Shown piece by piece: positions 22,602 to 35,300 of a stretch of DNA of 64,000 nucleotides (positions are counted from its first letter, which is position 1; each line of letters begins with the position of its first letter). This stretch comes from Oopsacas minuta (lineage: Eukaryota; Animalia; Porifera). The stretch lies in assembly GCA_024704765.1 (NCBI GenBank), contig JAKMXF010000111.1:884619-948618 (forward strand). Direction: 5' to 3'. Below the pieces are notes generated by a model. It was not told where the DNA came from and did not search any database. It was given only the letters and a program-made list of their open reading frames with translations. The position numbers and the translations under genes are program-made.

Positions 22602-24311
22602 ATGGGTATTAGAGGTCTATCTACTTACATACACTCAGATAATGCATGCTGGACTAACATTAACCGTATATTTGAGAGTCAATCTAAAGATTCTTGTTTT
22701 AAACATCGGTTAATAATTGATGGTTCTAATTTGGCGAACTATCTACATGAGAGAAATGGTCTAGACTCTCTATTTGGTGGACAGTATCAAGAACTATACG
22801 AGATATCTACAGCCTTCCTGCAAGCTGTTGTACAGTCAGGATTCCATCCTATTGTAGTGTTAGAAGAGATAGTTGAGGAAGAGAAAAAGGTTACTATCTT
22901 AGCGAGAAAAACAGCTAAGTTACGTGACTTAAATAGATGTGTTCATAATGGTGAGAGTACTACTAGATTTCCTTCCATGGGTTATATCGTATTATCAGAG
23001 GTTGTGACATATCTTAACTTAGAAACTATATTTTGTGACACAGAGGCTGACCCTATTATTTCAGCACTAGCTGCTAGATTAGGAGCTTCTGTGCTCAGTA
23101 ATGATAGTGACTTCTTTCTCACCAAAATTCCTTCTGTTATTTCTCTGAAAACCTTGTCATGGGATAGAGGGCTTCTAGTTGGACACTTTTATAACATAGA
23201 TTCTTTTCTTCAACACAATCGCCTGCAATATTGGGCTGTCCCATATATTGTTATACTATTGGGGAATGACTTCATTCCAGAACCTTTCTATTATAAATTA
23301 AGAAAAACTATTACTAGCCATTTGAGTGGAGATAAGATAATTCGTTTATTTCAGTTATTAAATTCTTTCAAAGATGAATCAGCTTTTAGGGATTGCTTAC
23401 AGTCTCACCTCTCAGCTAATGAATGGAAACAATTCAGATTTCATCACAACAGGACCTATTCTTCTTATCTCAAGCCAGAGGACCAAGTTTTCATTGATCC
23501 AATTCTCTCTCATTATGGCTTAGTATATGCAAATATTCGTAAACATTCAGATTATTCATTTAATGCTCTATTACGATTACCATGGACATGGGGGAGGTTT
23601 ATACGTGGAGAACATTTCTCTCAGTGTTCTGTCCAACATTACCAACGATTACCAGCTAGCGAATGTTCATTGTTGATTCGTTCTTTCATAAACAGTATTC
23701 TGGTAAGAGATAGAATCATTATCGAGTATGTGAACACTAGTTCTTTATGCTTTGAACAGAAAGTAATACAAGCACAAAAGTTGTTACCTGATGGCAATCC
23801 TATTCCCAATCTCGACCAAATCTCTACCATACCACAGATAGACCGATTATCCATCTTTTTAAAGATAACTGGCTCGCATGGAATTGAGATTGAATTCCTC
23901 CCTGAACCCTGGAAAATGTTAGCTGTAACACTTCGCTATTGGTGTCTCTACTGTATGCCATGTCCTGAACCATCATTACTTAAACTAATAGTAAGTTCCT
24001 GTGTTATTACATATCAATATCCAAATCGTAAACCTTATCATAAACTGCTAACTTATAAAGTTAATTCACTCATACGTTATAATTTGCGAACTTTCCACCA
24101 GATTGCACAATGGCATAATACTTATCACGATATATACAGGTTAGCACAAATTCTTGATCTTCCATTATCTAGTCCTTGTCTCTTCTATAACGGCAATCTC
24201 TTGTTTCATATACTATTTGTAAAAGAGTTCAGAGACACTCATTTCCCAGAACTGATAAACACAAAGTCAGAAGAATGGATTAATTATCTTACTCGAGTTA
24301 TTGAGGGGTGA
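22602..24311 (+). CDS. ASTE1: Asteroid homolog (XPG/FEN-like PIN nuclease), intronless
   Basis: MGIRGLSTYI, IIDGSNL, EADPII, VLSNDSDFF, LLGNDF motifs. Confidence 0.85.
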   Translation: MGIRGLSTYIHSDNACWTNINRIFESQSKDSCFKHRLIIDGSNLANYLHERNGLDSLFGGQYQELYEISTAFLQAVVQSGFHPIVVLEEIVEEEKKVTILARKTAKLRDLNRCVHNGESTTRFPSMGYIVLSEVVTYLNLETIFCDTEADPIISALAARLGASVLSNDSDFFLTKIPSVISLKTLSWDRGLLVGHFYNIDSFLQHNRLQYWAVPYIVILLGNDFIPEPFYYKLRKTITSHLSGDKIIRLFQLLNSFKDESAFRDCLQSHLSANEWKQFRFHHNRTYSSYLKPEDQVFIDPILSHYGLVYANIRKHSDYSFNALLRLPWTWGRFIRGEHFSQCSVQHYQRLPASECSLLIRSFINSILVRDRIIIEYVNTSSLCFEQKVIQAQKLLPDGNPIPNLDQISTIPQIDRLSIFLKITGSHGIEIEFLPEPWKMLAVTLRYWCLYCMPCPEPSLLKLIVSSCVITYQYPNRKPYHKLLTYKVNSLIRYNLRTFHQIAQWHNTYHDIYRLAQILDLPLSSPCLFYNGNLLFHILFVKEFRDTHFPELINTKSEEWINYLTRVIEG

Positions 24312-24398
24312 TTATTCGTAAAATATTTTTATTTTATTTATTTTTTGCAAGCGAACTGTCGAATTAAATACTTTAAAATAAGCATAATAATACGAATA

Positions 24399-24472
24399 CA
24401 GTAGAAGTCGGATAAGACGTACTACTTCTGGAAACAGATATTAGTATGTATTAACCGGGTGTACGTCTCATC
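24399..24472. mobile_element. Truncated MITE (family of 29697)
   Basis: ta-cagtagaagtcggataagacgtac left TIR, then ttaaccgggtgtacgtctcatc. Confidence 0.7.
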
Positions 24473-24519
24473 TTTGTCCTCCTGTATTAAGTGCTAGTAA
24501 ATCTAATGATATATGAAGA

Positions 24520-27500
24520 ATGCCTAAAGAGAAATGCCTCGGGTTTAAAGAAGTAACCCGTACAATACACCGTATATCTATCTATCAGACAAATGCTCGT
24601 ATATACGTTATAGGATCTGATTTCTCTCAGAGCTACTATCGCCTCCTAAAAATTGATAGAACCGAACCAAAAAGCTTGCTGATAGATGATGACAACCGTA
24701 AGTACACAGAGAAAGAGATGGATGAAATTCTTAAAATGATAGACGGAGGTAATACTAATTCTGTTAATAAGACTAGTGGCTTACAGAAAACCGCATCTTC
24801 ATTCGGTATCGTGGGATTTGTCAGGTTCTTAGAAGGCTATTATATCCTGATGATTACTAAAAGAAGGAAAGTTGCAATTATTGGTGGACATTTGATATAC
24901 AAGATCGAAGATGCAGTATTACTGTATATTTCTCCAACTGCTAATAAGGTTATACAATAAAAGATATAAATTTTATACTTTAACAATTATATTCTATAGT
25001 TGAACCCAGAAGAATCTCGTTACGTCAAAACATTCTTGAACGTAGATCTTAGTAGCAATTTCTACTTCAGCTACAGCTATGATCTCACCAACACTCTACA
25101 GACTCTAATGCGATTACATCCCACTCAGCCTCCTCCTGCTACCAAATTCGTGTGGAACTCTCATTTACTGAAAGACTTCAAACACAGAGTAAATCCTGAA
25201 TGGGTATTACCTGTAGTACATGGCTTTATATCTCAGAACTGTATCAATGTGTTTGGAAGGTAAATATCAGTATAAGAGGCCGTTCAAACGTTACGCTACC
25301 AAGGGGAGGGAGGGGGTAAAATTTCTTTTACGACTTATAGCTTACAATAAATCTTTATTAACCTATCTTTAGATCTCTATACGTAACACTAATAGCTCGT
25401 AGATCCCGCTATTACGCAGGTACCAGGTACTTAAAGAGAGGTATGGATGATCTGGGTAATGTAGCTAATGATGTAGAGACAGAACAGATAGTATACGAAT
25501 CATACTCAATATCACATCGTACTGGAAAATACACATCTTTCGTACAACTCAGAGGATCAGTACCTGGATTCTGGTCTCAAGATATCCAAGGAGTTAAACC
25601 TAAACCTCCAATACGAATAGACAGAGGGAGTCCGTTCTTTGTGGGTGCTGCTAGACATTTCAACTCCTGTCTGGCTAGGTACGGATGTCCTGTGGTTATT
25701 TTCAATCTTGTTAAGAAAAAGGAGAAGAGACCTCATGAATCTCTACTCAGTCATGAGCTAGAGAGCTCTGTAAGTTTTGTTACATAAACTTATTCTATTT
25801 AGCTAACTATTGATTCACTAATAGGTCACTTACCTGAATCAATTCCTGCCTCCTGACTTCAAGATACACTATCTGCATTGTGATATGGCTCGCATAACAC
25901 GCTCCAAGGAAAGAAGCATTATTGATTTATTAGAAAATCTGTCTAAGCGAGTAGTTAAGCTGAATGGGTTCTTTCATAGTGGATGCGAGCTAGCTTGTAA
26001 CCAAGTACGATCCAATCCAGACTGGGAGGGGATGGGAGGACGTTTCTACACCCCTGACACCCCTGGGAGAGACCAGACAGGAGTGGTACGGGTAAACTGT
26101 GTAGATTGTCTAGACAGGACGAACACGGCTCAGTTTATGATTGGGAAGTGTGCCTTAGGATTCCAGCTGTATGCCCTAGGAGTAGTAGACAATCCTCAGC
26201 TCTATTTTGACTCAGATATAGTTAAGATGTTTGAAGAGATGTATGAAGCACATGGTGATACTATAGCTCTACAGTATGGTGGATCTAACCTTGGTATAAC
26301 TATATTATTTCGTTATTTAGTTATTATATTATGATATATTCTACTAGTTCACCGTATTCGTACATATCGTAAGATATCACCAATCACATCTCATGGACGT
26401 GACATAATGCAGACAGTAGCTAGGTACTATAACAATGCTTTTGCTGATCAAGATAAGCAAATGGCTATAAATCTATTTCTGGGTGTATATATACCTGAGG
26501 ACAATACATCACATCTATGGGAGCTCTCCACTGATTACTATCTTCACCATCTCTTCACAACTTCTCTCGTATGCCCACGGCCACTCAGTTACACCAAGTG
26601 GTGGACTGATGACGTAATCATGAGTCTACCTAGGCCTGTTTTTCAAGTAAGTGATTGTATGCTTTTTCTAATTATTTTTGGTGTTTAGGTTTCCGTTAAT
26701 TAGGCACAAGGAATAGTAACGGAAAATATCTCACCTCATTTACAAGTTAACTTATCAAATTCACCACTTGATGAATATATTAAGCCCAAGTATGTGAAGC
26801 AGGTTCCGTCTCTCTCTTATAAATACGAGGAGTTCTACTCTCCTAACGAGCTAACAGTTCTCCACAAACTATTCAGCTATACTCTCAATTCTCAGTACAG
26901 TACTACTGAGTATATGCCTACTGATGCTAAGGATATGAGTCCATTCACAGTACGTACAAGGAGCAGTGGACAGAGTAAAGTCGTGCAAGGCAAGAAAGTA
27001 GCTACTGAGAGAAAGACGATAGGTGGTACTCCAGCTCAGCCAGGAAGTGATGAAGATGATGACGAGCTGAGTGACAATAGTAGTGACTCTGATACTGATT
27101 CATTGCTGGGAGGTATAGCTCATTACAGAGAGAGCTATCTCTCTCTAGGTACTTCTGGAAAACATGTAAATACTCCTAAACACGTGAGTAATCATTCAAG
27201 TATTAATTCATAATAATTATTACAAATGTATTAATTTGAATGCTACAATTATATAATATTTAAATTACTTTATTGTGTATTATATGGTAACCTAATTAAA
27301 TAATCAATTAATCATTTGAACTATTCACCTTAACCATTATGTATTCTACGTATGAACCTTTGCCATAAAGTTAACATATCAATTCGTCTTATATGTCCTT
27401 GGGTATATAGCTAAATGGTATATGCTCTATCAGCTAGTATCAGTCAGTCCACCATAAATGCTTACAATTGCTTATTCATATTCCTTACGTGGTTAAACTA

Positions 27501-27945
27501 AAACTTCTGTAAGTATCCCTTTTCTAAATATCTATTTATACATTATATTCTGCAGTTCTTTATTCGATTCTCTTAGGCTAGTTCTATCTCTACTACGAAT
27601 ATCCGATATGGATTCGACCTAGAAGAACCAGATCCATCTTCCCTGTCACTCTACCAAACAACCGAATTGAGTTACCAACAATGTTTTGCTGATGCTAATC
27701 ACGGTGAGAAATTGACAGTTGAACAGGCTTCTAATGATTTAAAGAATTGGATAACTGCTTCCCCTGAATATATTGATAATCAGAGCAATCCATTACCAAC
27801 CGTATCTGACGAATCTCTTAAAATATATTCTGATAGCGTGTTGGTATCCAAAAATGGCCCTAAGGACCCCTTAGCGCCTTGTATGGAACTTTATTATATG
27901 TATGAGAAACCCCTCTCTATCCCACGTTACGATCCTCTCTTTTGA
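24520..27945 (+). CDS. FIG4: PI(3,5)P2 5-phosphatase FIG4 (SAC domain), multi-exon
   Basis: Successive exons give GIVGFVRFLEGYY, FYFSYSYDLT, GTRYLKRG, VQLRGSVPGFWSQ, catalytic CX5R RVNCVDCLDRTN, DKQMAINLFLG; short GT-AG introns. Confidence 0.95.
25276..25340. mobile_element. PIF/Harbinger-like MITE end in a FIG4 intron
   Basis: TAA flank followed by gaggccgttcaaacgttacg, matching the 9195 element. Confidence 0.5.
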
Positions 27946-28097
27946 ATAGACACTGAATAGCTGTAAAATATTATTTGGTATTATGTGTATATGTTGAAAT
28001 TGAAACTGGAATATTCTATTTCAGCTTAGTTTAGCTATAAATAAATTTACTCTCTTTCTTAAATATATTAATTAATTAGGTATAGGTCTCGATAGAC

Positions 28098-29423
28098 ATG
28101 GCTAATTCATGCGGAACTTCAACTAACTCCCTCAGCTCTAATCTCAGTTTAGAGTCAGATATATTCCAGAAAGAATATGATCATTCACCCATTCAACCCA
28201 CTGAATCAATTCGCTATCTCTCCGACATAGACAAGAGACATTTAACTGCACTGAGAAGTCAGAAAGAAATGTTACAACAAGAAATCCGTGCTCGCAAGCA
28301 AGAGCTTACTGTTATTAATTTTGAAATAGAAAATATGAGTGAATTCTTGGAAGAGGAAGAGAAATCTGATCGTAGACGGAAACAGATTATTAAAAACGTG
28401 GTAGCAAAGTTCAACGAGAAGCCGAAAGATGGAATAGATATGGCTGTACAGAACGATATAGTTGAGTCTAGTCCTGAAGCTATTGCTAAGTTTCTATACA
28501 AGCAGGATAGACTAGCAAAACAAGCTATTGGAGACTACATCGGAGAGCACTGGGAGTTCAATTTACAGGTAATGAATGAATTTGTACAATTACAAGACTT
28601 TAGTGGAAATTCGCTTGTAGATGCCTTACGTCTCTTCCTATCCTCATTCCATCTCCCAGGGGAAGCACCCAAGGTAGATCGACTGATGGAAGCTTTCTCA
28701 AAACAGTATTGTTCTCAGAATAAGACAGATTTCAAACATACTGACACATGTTATATCTTATCATTCGCTATTATTATGCTCAACACGTCTCTACACAATC
28801 CTTCAGTACGTGAAAAAGATAGACTAACTAAGGAACAGTTCATAAGCATGAATCGGGGCATTAATCAGGGAGAAAATCTTCCCAGAGAAATGCTTGACAA
28901 CACCTTCAATGAGATTAGTCAGGAACCATTTCAAGTACCAGGACAGCATGGAAATGTAATAGAGACATTCTTCCAGCCGGATAAGACTGGTTATCTTATC
29001 AAAGAAGGTGGTAAGCACAAGTCTAAGCATAAGAGATGGTTTATCCTGAATGATTCTAATCTCTACTATTTCAAGAATCAGGCAGACAACGAATTGATCG
29101 GTTCCATACCTTTGGAGAATCTACAAGTTAGAGACAGGAGTATTCCAGGTAAGGGGAACTACACATTTGAGATTTTGAGTGAGAATGGTATCATCAAGGC
29201 TTGGAAGAAGGACCCGGAGGGACGTCCAGTCCCTGGTAACCATTTCAGTTACAAACTAATCGCTCCTAGCATGCATGAGAAAGATGATTGGATAAAAGCT
29301 ATACTCACTTCCATCAGTAGAGATCCTTTCTACGAAGTTTTGAGTGCTAGAAAGAACCAGGCTTGTGGGATTGATAAGAAAGAGAGTATTGTATCAATTA
29401 CTAAGGTACATAATCATAATTAA
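28098..29423 (+). CDS. CYTH: Cytohesin (coiled coil, Sec7, PH) ARF-GEF, intronless
   Basis: FHLPGEAPKVDRLMEAF with the glutamate finger, LSFAIIMLNTSLHNP, PH domain KEGGKHKSKHKRWFIL. Confidence 0.95.
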   Translation: MANSCGTSTNSLSSNLSLESDIFQKEYDHSPIQPTESIRYLSDIDKRHLTALRSQKEMLQQEIRARKQELTVINFEIENMSEFLEEEEKSDRRRKQIIKNVVAKFNEKPKDGIDMAVQNDIVESSPEAIAKFLYKQDRLAKQAIGDYIGEHWEFNLQVMNEFVQLQDFSGNSLVDALRLFLSSFHLPGEAPKVDRLMEAFSKQYCSQNKTDFKHTDTCYILSFAIIMLNTSLHNPSVREKDRLTKEQFISMNRGINQGENLPREMLDNTFNEISQEPFQVPGQHGNVIETFFQPDKTGYLIKEGGKHKSKHKRWFILNDSNLYYFKNQADNELIGSIPLENLQVRDRSIPGKGNYTFEILSENGIIKAWKKDPEGRPVPGNHFSYKLIAPSMHEKDDWIKAILTSISRDPFYEVLSARKNQACGIDKKESIVSITKVHNHN

Positions 29424-29696
29424 CTGCTTGGTGAATTGAGATGTATAAATAATTGTTTTTGCTGTTAACATTTGCTCAATATACTGTTATACTAACTGAT
29501 ATTTTTATGTAGTGCTAATTTCAAATAATTCTTATTTCTCAGCTTATTTCTCTGAATTAATTCGATCATATGCTATGATTCGATATTTTCAACAAATCTT
29601 ATGACATGTCTTAACGTTCAGAATTAAGCAGTTTCCACTGTATGAAGATTCTGAAAATGCTCTCACTAGTGCTCTCACTAGTTATGCGTAAGTATA

Positions 29697-29882
29697 CAGT
29701 AGAACTCGGATAAGACGTACTCGGCTTAAGACGTACACTCGGTTAAGACGTACTATTTCTTATATCCCAAAATATCAGTCATCATTATTTGTAATGCAAA
29801 CATATTCGGATAAGACGTACACTCGGTTAAGACGTACTAATCTCTGTTTCCCGAGGGGGTACGTCTTATCCGAGTTCTACTG
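29697..29882. mobile_element. Intact Tc1/mariner-type MITE, TA TSD
   Basis: Perfect 24-bp TIR cagtagaactcggataagacgtac / gtacgtcttatccgagttctactg flanked by TA (29695-6, 29883-4); internal repeats of cggttaagacgtac. Confidence 0.9.
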
Positions 29883-29906
29883 TATTTAGTGTATTTTAGC
29901 AGGATT

Positions 29907-32087
29907 ATGATACCCTCAGACATATGTCAGGCAGAAAGGCAATTACGGCAGAAATTAACGACTTCTTTCGATTCACCTCGGAATAAGAAGAACATACCAA
30001 AGAATTTCATATTGCGCAATAATCATTATTCAAAAGAATTTTTGCTTTCTAACCATCAAACAAGATTAATAAATAGGAACCTTCCTCCTGTTATTCCATT
30101 TCCAATTACATGTAATGATGCAGTATCTTCATCTAAGATGACTGTATTTGGTACACAAGACATTAAGAAATATGAAAACACATATACCCCCATCAAAATA
30201 CATGATTTGGTACCAGGTGTAGTGAACAAAAAGAGCATTCTATATGCTAAAGCGATAGTAGAAAGTAGTATAATGACATCACTTCATTCAGTTATAGAGG
30301 ATGAGTATGGAGGTGCTTGTAAACTCTGTGTTTATAATTTGACCTCAGAGCAAGTGAAAGGGTTCTGTAAGGGCGTTAAGATGGCTATACTAAATCCATA
30401 TTATAAAGAAGCTAAAGACGGTATGTGTATGATACGAGTAGATAATCCTATGGAAGTGATACTCATGCAACCAGATACACCAGACTCTCCTTTCATTCTT
30501 CCCAGTGAGCATAGAGATAGAGGTAACGAGCTGTTCAAGGAGAACAAACTATCTGAAGCAGTAGAGGAATATAGTCAGGCTATTATGGGAGACAGACGTG
30601 ACCCATTCTTTTACAGCAACAGATCTCTCTGTTACATAAAACTGAATCAGTTTGAAGCAGCTCTGTCTGATGCAATCACTGCATCTAATATAGATCCAAC
30701 TAATTCTAAGTTCAATTACAGAGCAGCTATGGCTTGGTCTGGTATAGGGAACTATCAGCGAGCAATCGAAATATTGAGAGAATTGATCATGAGAGAGAAA
30801 GAGAATGCTCTGAAACAGACTTTTCAAGATAGACTGAGAGTAGAGAACTTGCATCTAGCACAACAAAATGGTGAGATTGATCTTAAGAAACTAGATAGTA
30901 TGGTGTTAGCAGGCCTATCAGTGCAAATGGCTGATTTCATTGGACCGATTACACTGAAGAAATCTAGTGTTACAGGTTGTGCTGATAGAGGATTATTTGC
31001 TACTCGTGACATCAGAAGTGGAGAGGTTATACACGTTTCTAAGGCAGCTGTATTTCTTGGTGAGTATAAAATGGATTACACAGAACGAATAGAACTCAGT
31101 TCTGACCTTTCAGTATCGGCTCCATACCAAATTCTTGTAAATAAACTAACTCAGAAAATGAATAAGTCTAAACTGTTCGCACATAGAGTATTAAACTTAG
31201 TTGAAGATCATAAAACATCCCCATTCTATACAAATATTGAACTCTATACAGATAAAGGATATGATTCTGTAAGAGAGTTAGATTCTCTTGAATTCTCAAT
31301 TGATAATATTCGCATTATAGCAACTGAAAAGGGGATTGGTACTGTGTTACAAGATGGATGTAATATGGTTGATTCTTTACCAATCATTAAAGAACAATAT
31401 TTGAGGTCAGGTGCTTATAAATACGGACTGTGGTTTATTCCATCTTTACTCAATCATTCTTGTCTTGGTAATATTGTTAGAATTGTGAAAGGAGAAATTT
31501 GTGTATTGAAAGTATTTAGGGATGTTAAAGCTGGAGAAGAATTATTTATTTCTAAGTTTGACGGAAGTTTTAATCTATCATTACAAGCAAGAATAAAATC
31601 ATTGAAGTCATTACATGGATATATTTGTAATTGTCTACATTGTAAATATGAATCTGAGCCAAATATAACTCCTCTATTAACACAGGTATCAACTTTATAC
31701 ACTGAGATAAAAAACCTATGGGATAATTATGCATGTAACTCCCCGCAATTATTGGAATCTCCTCTCCCAGTTTCCAAGTACAGAGAATTGGTAACACGTG
31801 CGATAGAACTTGCAGATGCACTGGGGTTAGATCCTCGAACCTTCTGTGGGCCCCTCTGGTCTGGTTTCATAAATCTCACATGTATAAAGTCTGCCCCTGT
31901 TTCAGATCAGCTGTTTCTTTGTGAGAAGATCCGAAATTACTTATGTGAGCTTGAGGTGTATCACCAACTTACTTATTGGAAGAATTATAACATTCTTTGT
32001 ATGGAAACTTTCGGGCCTTCCAACCCTAAAACAAAGGAAGCTGGATTTGCACTTTGTAGGTTTGATAATCTCTTCAAGTGGGTGTGA
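29907..32087 (+). CDS. TPR plus SET domain protein, intronless
   Basis: TPRs (RGNELFKENKLSEAVEEYSQAI, FYSNRSLCY), SET motifs RGLFATRDI and SLLNHSC, post-SET CNCLHC. Confidence 0.88.
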   Translation: MIPSDICQAERQLRQKLTTSFDSPRNKKNIPKNFILRNNHYSKEFLLSNHQTRLINRNLPPVIPFPITCNDAVSSSKMTVFGTQDIKKYENTYTPIKIHDLVPGVVNKKSILYAKAIVESSIMTSLHSVIEDEYGGACKLCVYNLTSEQVKGFCKGVKMAILNPYYKEAKDGMCMIRVDNPMEVILMQPDTPDSPFILPSEHRDRGNELFKENKLSEAVEEYSQAIMGDRRDPFFYSNRSLCYIKLNQFEAALSDAITASNIDPTNSKFNYRAAMAWSGIGNYQRAIEILRELIMREKENALKQTFQDRLRVENLHLAQQNGEIDLKKLDSMVLAGLSVQMADFIGPITLKKSSVTGCADRGLFATRDIRSGEVIHVSKAAVFLGEYKMDYTERIELSSDLSVSAPYQILVNKLTQKMNKSKLFAHRVLNLVEDHKTSPFYTNIELYTDKGYDSVRELDSLEFSIDNIRIIATEKGIGTVLQDGCNMVDSLPIIKEQYLRSGAYKYGLWFIPSLLNHSCLGNIVRIVKGEICVLKVFRDVKAGEELFISKFDGSFNLSLQARIKSLKSLHGYICNCLHCKYESEPNITPLLTQVSTLYTEIKNLWDNYACNSPQLLESPLPVSKYRELVTRAIELADALGLDPRTFCGPLWSGFINLTCIKSAPVSDQLFLCEKIRNYLCELEVYHQLTYWKNYNILCMETFGPSNPKTKEAGFALCRFDNLFKWV

Positions 32088-32386
32088 TTTGAAAAATCAA
32101 ATTTTAATGTTAATTAGGCTATAGACTGACTCTATAATTATTTCTCTATTGAAACAGTATTTTTATGTATTTATATATTATATTGTATAAGAAATTATGG
32201 CTACTTAGAGCTTATTGATATCTTTAATTTGCAAGGTGGATTAACCTATTCCAGTTGTGGGAATTGTCATACATAAGGCCCTGTAACCTGAGGGAAGCTA
32301 CAGAAGTCGTCCTATTCTATGTTATTTAATAATGTAAGCTTTGATAGTATCCAGGCAATATATATACTATATAGAATTGGAGTCTA

Positions 32387-35300
32387 ATGGAGACTATAGG
32401 AGAGGTAGGGGAGACATCAGAGGTGTTAGGTCAACAAACTAATCGCTCCAGTGTAAAAAGAAGCGATAAAGAGAGTCAAGATTCCTCTCGTAAGAGATTG
32501 AGTCCTGAGCTGAGCATCTTCTCAGAGAACAAAGAAGAGAGGATCAGGGCTAGGAGGCTACGTATCAAGAGACGTCTGGAAGAAGAGAGGAGGAAAGCTA
32601 ACAAGGAGGATGGGGATATAGGAGCAGAGATGGAAGAGAGTCCTAAACAAGAGCGGATCAGTATCAAGCAGGTTCTACTTAGTATATCTTAATAAATTAA
32701 GCAATTTGATATGAATATATTATCAGGTAGAGAAGAGCAAGTTTGAGTTACAAAGATTGAACTATGAGAACAATCAGCTGGTACGTGACGTTATCATAGC
32801 AGGGGACGGACGGGAGATGGCACGGCGACGTGGAGAAGATGACAACCTAAGGACCAGGACTGAGAAATTGGAGGCAGAAGCTAACACTGGCAAGGAGCGT
32901 TTTGATGAAATTGCGAAGAGGTATGTACATGTACTTTCCATATTTAGTAATGTTCTTTTAATGATTATTTATCAATTAGATGGGAGAGTTCTGCTATGAA
33001 GAAATTGCCTCAGGAACTACAGGACATGCTGAATCAGCAGAGATCAGAGTATGAGGAAATGATTAATGAGAAAAACAGATTAATCAAGGAATTTGAATCA
33101 GAGTTGAAGATCAAAGATGATCAGTATGTGAAGGATTTAAAGCAACAAGCTGGTGATGTAGATTTGCTACTGGAGAGGATGGAAGATCAGACTAGGACCC
33201 TAGCACGAGCTTACAACAAGGAAATGAGAGAGATTGAGAACACATATATACGAGAGCGAAAGCAATTGGTTAGATTTATGTTTGAGTCTCTGATATAGCC
33301 TCAAGCCATGCCATAGTAGGGCATAAGTAAACACGTTTCTATTTGTGTTGTTTATAGCTTGAAAATGAGTGCTCTGAAGATACAAACATTACAGAAGAAA
33401 GATGTAAATTAGAATTAACCTACATGCAAGATTATCAGAAACTGGTAGAGGATAGTGACAGACAGCTGGATGAGCTACTATCAAATGGAGATGAAGATTA
33501 CAGGAATACTAAGATACAGCTTGAGAATGATATTCAGTTCTTACAGAGACAGCTAGAACAAATGAAAGCTACATTCCATCTTAATATTGAGAAACTGGAT
33601 TATAATCTACAGGTCAGTTATCCAATTTGTATATACGTATAGCCCAACCGGGACAATTCACAGGTTGTGAAGAAGAGAGATGAGGAAAATAAGAAAACTG
33701 AGAACCAACAGAAGCGTAAGATTTCGCGATTACAAGACCAGTATAATAGCCAACGCTCTCGCCTAAAACAGCAGGAATTGAAGTTCTCTACGGAGGTGTC
33801 CTCTCTAGGAGAGGAGTATCAGAAAGTTGCAGATCAGCTGGGAGATCTACAGCTAAAACTCAGCCATTTTCAAGTTAGAAATGATTAATTATAACATTTT
33901 GAAATCGATCTTATTAATACTTTTATAAGGAGACTGATGAAAAGAAGTTTGCAGATGTTTGGGCTATGAGTGAAGAGGAAATACAAGGACTTGTAAAAGA
34001 CGTCCTCAAGACGGATGAGATAATACACAGTCACCAGTTGGGTGTGGACTGGACTAGCCCCGAGTTACCAGAGAGTGTACACTATGTACATATTCCCGAG
34101 CAGGTAATGTCTGCTACACAGATAGCTCAAGAAGTATTCTCAACCACAAGTGCCAGTAGCAGTCAACAGTCTCTCCTCAGTGTGTATGAGATGAGACAAA
34201 TTGGGCCTGATTCAGGTGGACTAGACACAGGACTGTTCGGAGTAGGACAGCTGGGAGAGTACCCCACCCTCCTCGTGAGACAAGCTATGGAGATGATTAG
34301 TGAGGAAGGAGACTTCTTAGTTGAGGTATCAATACAACTAACATACATATACAAATACTATTCAATATATATACACACTAGATTACTTAAGGTTTTAGCC
34401 ATTTAGGAAAATCTGATAGAATACTCAACTGAACAGATAGGAACATCGTATCTTTAACACAGTACTCACTCTCTATTGTCTTCTCAAATAATTGTTTGTG
34501 AGAAATGAGTTTATTAAAACCCCAGAACTTTCCTGCAGAGACAGTAGGTTGTAGGAAATCATCGGGGTGTATTGTCTTACTCATAACTACGTGTAATCTA
34601 TCTGTTTGTTGGTTGAGTACTGTGAATGAGAACTTACTTCCTGCTTTTATCGGCCATTCTAAGTTAGAATCATTAGCTCCCTTCATCACAGCGAGATGAG
34701 CTGATATGTGAGTGCCTTCACCTTGTCGTATTCCCCCCATACTGAGTCTAGCACAAAACTTATAACCTTCTCTATAGAATGGTACACTGGTTAACTTAAT
34801 ATTGTTCTGAATGCTCTCTTCGATATTAGTCACTTTCCATATATAAGGTTTGTTCGATGCGAGGGAGGTTAGTTCAGATACTTCTATCCTCAAATCCATG
34901 ATTGTATCACACGCCTGTACGAGGTGTTGTTTCATATATGTATCTAAATGTTCATCATGCTGACTACGCATTAATTCTACTACACATCCTATCTTACTGA
35001 ACGAACACGGTATTACCATATTTGGGCATGTATCCTGATGCTTCTTCTCCTGTGGAATTGTTAATTTCTCTCCACAGCCTAGGGAACACAGACGAGGATA
35101 TATTTGACATTTAGAAAGATGTGAGGACTGATTCTGAGCTTCTATATCTTCTCTACAGTATTCACACTTGATTATTCTCTTTGGACACTCAGTTAGCTTA
35201 TGTAACACTAAATCCTCTTTACCTAGAGATGCCCCACAGGTACACAACTCCTCTCTCTCACACCCTCCTACTAGGTGAGATTCCAGACCGCTTAGCATCG

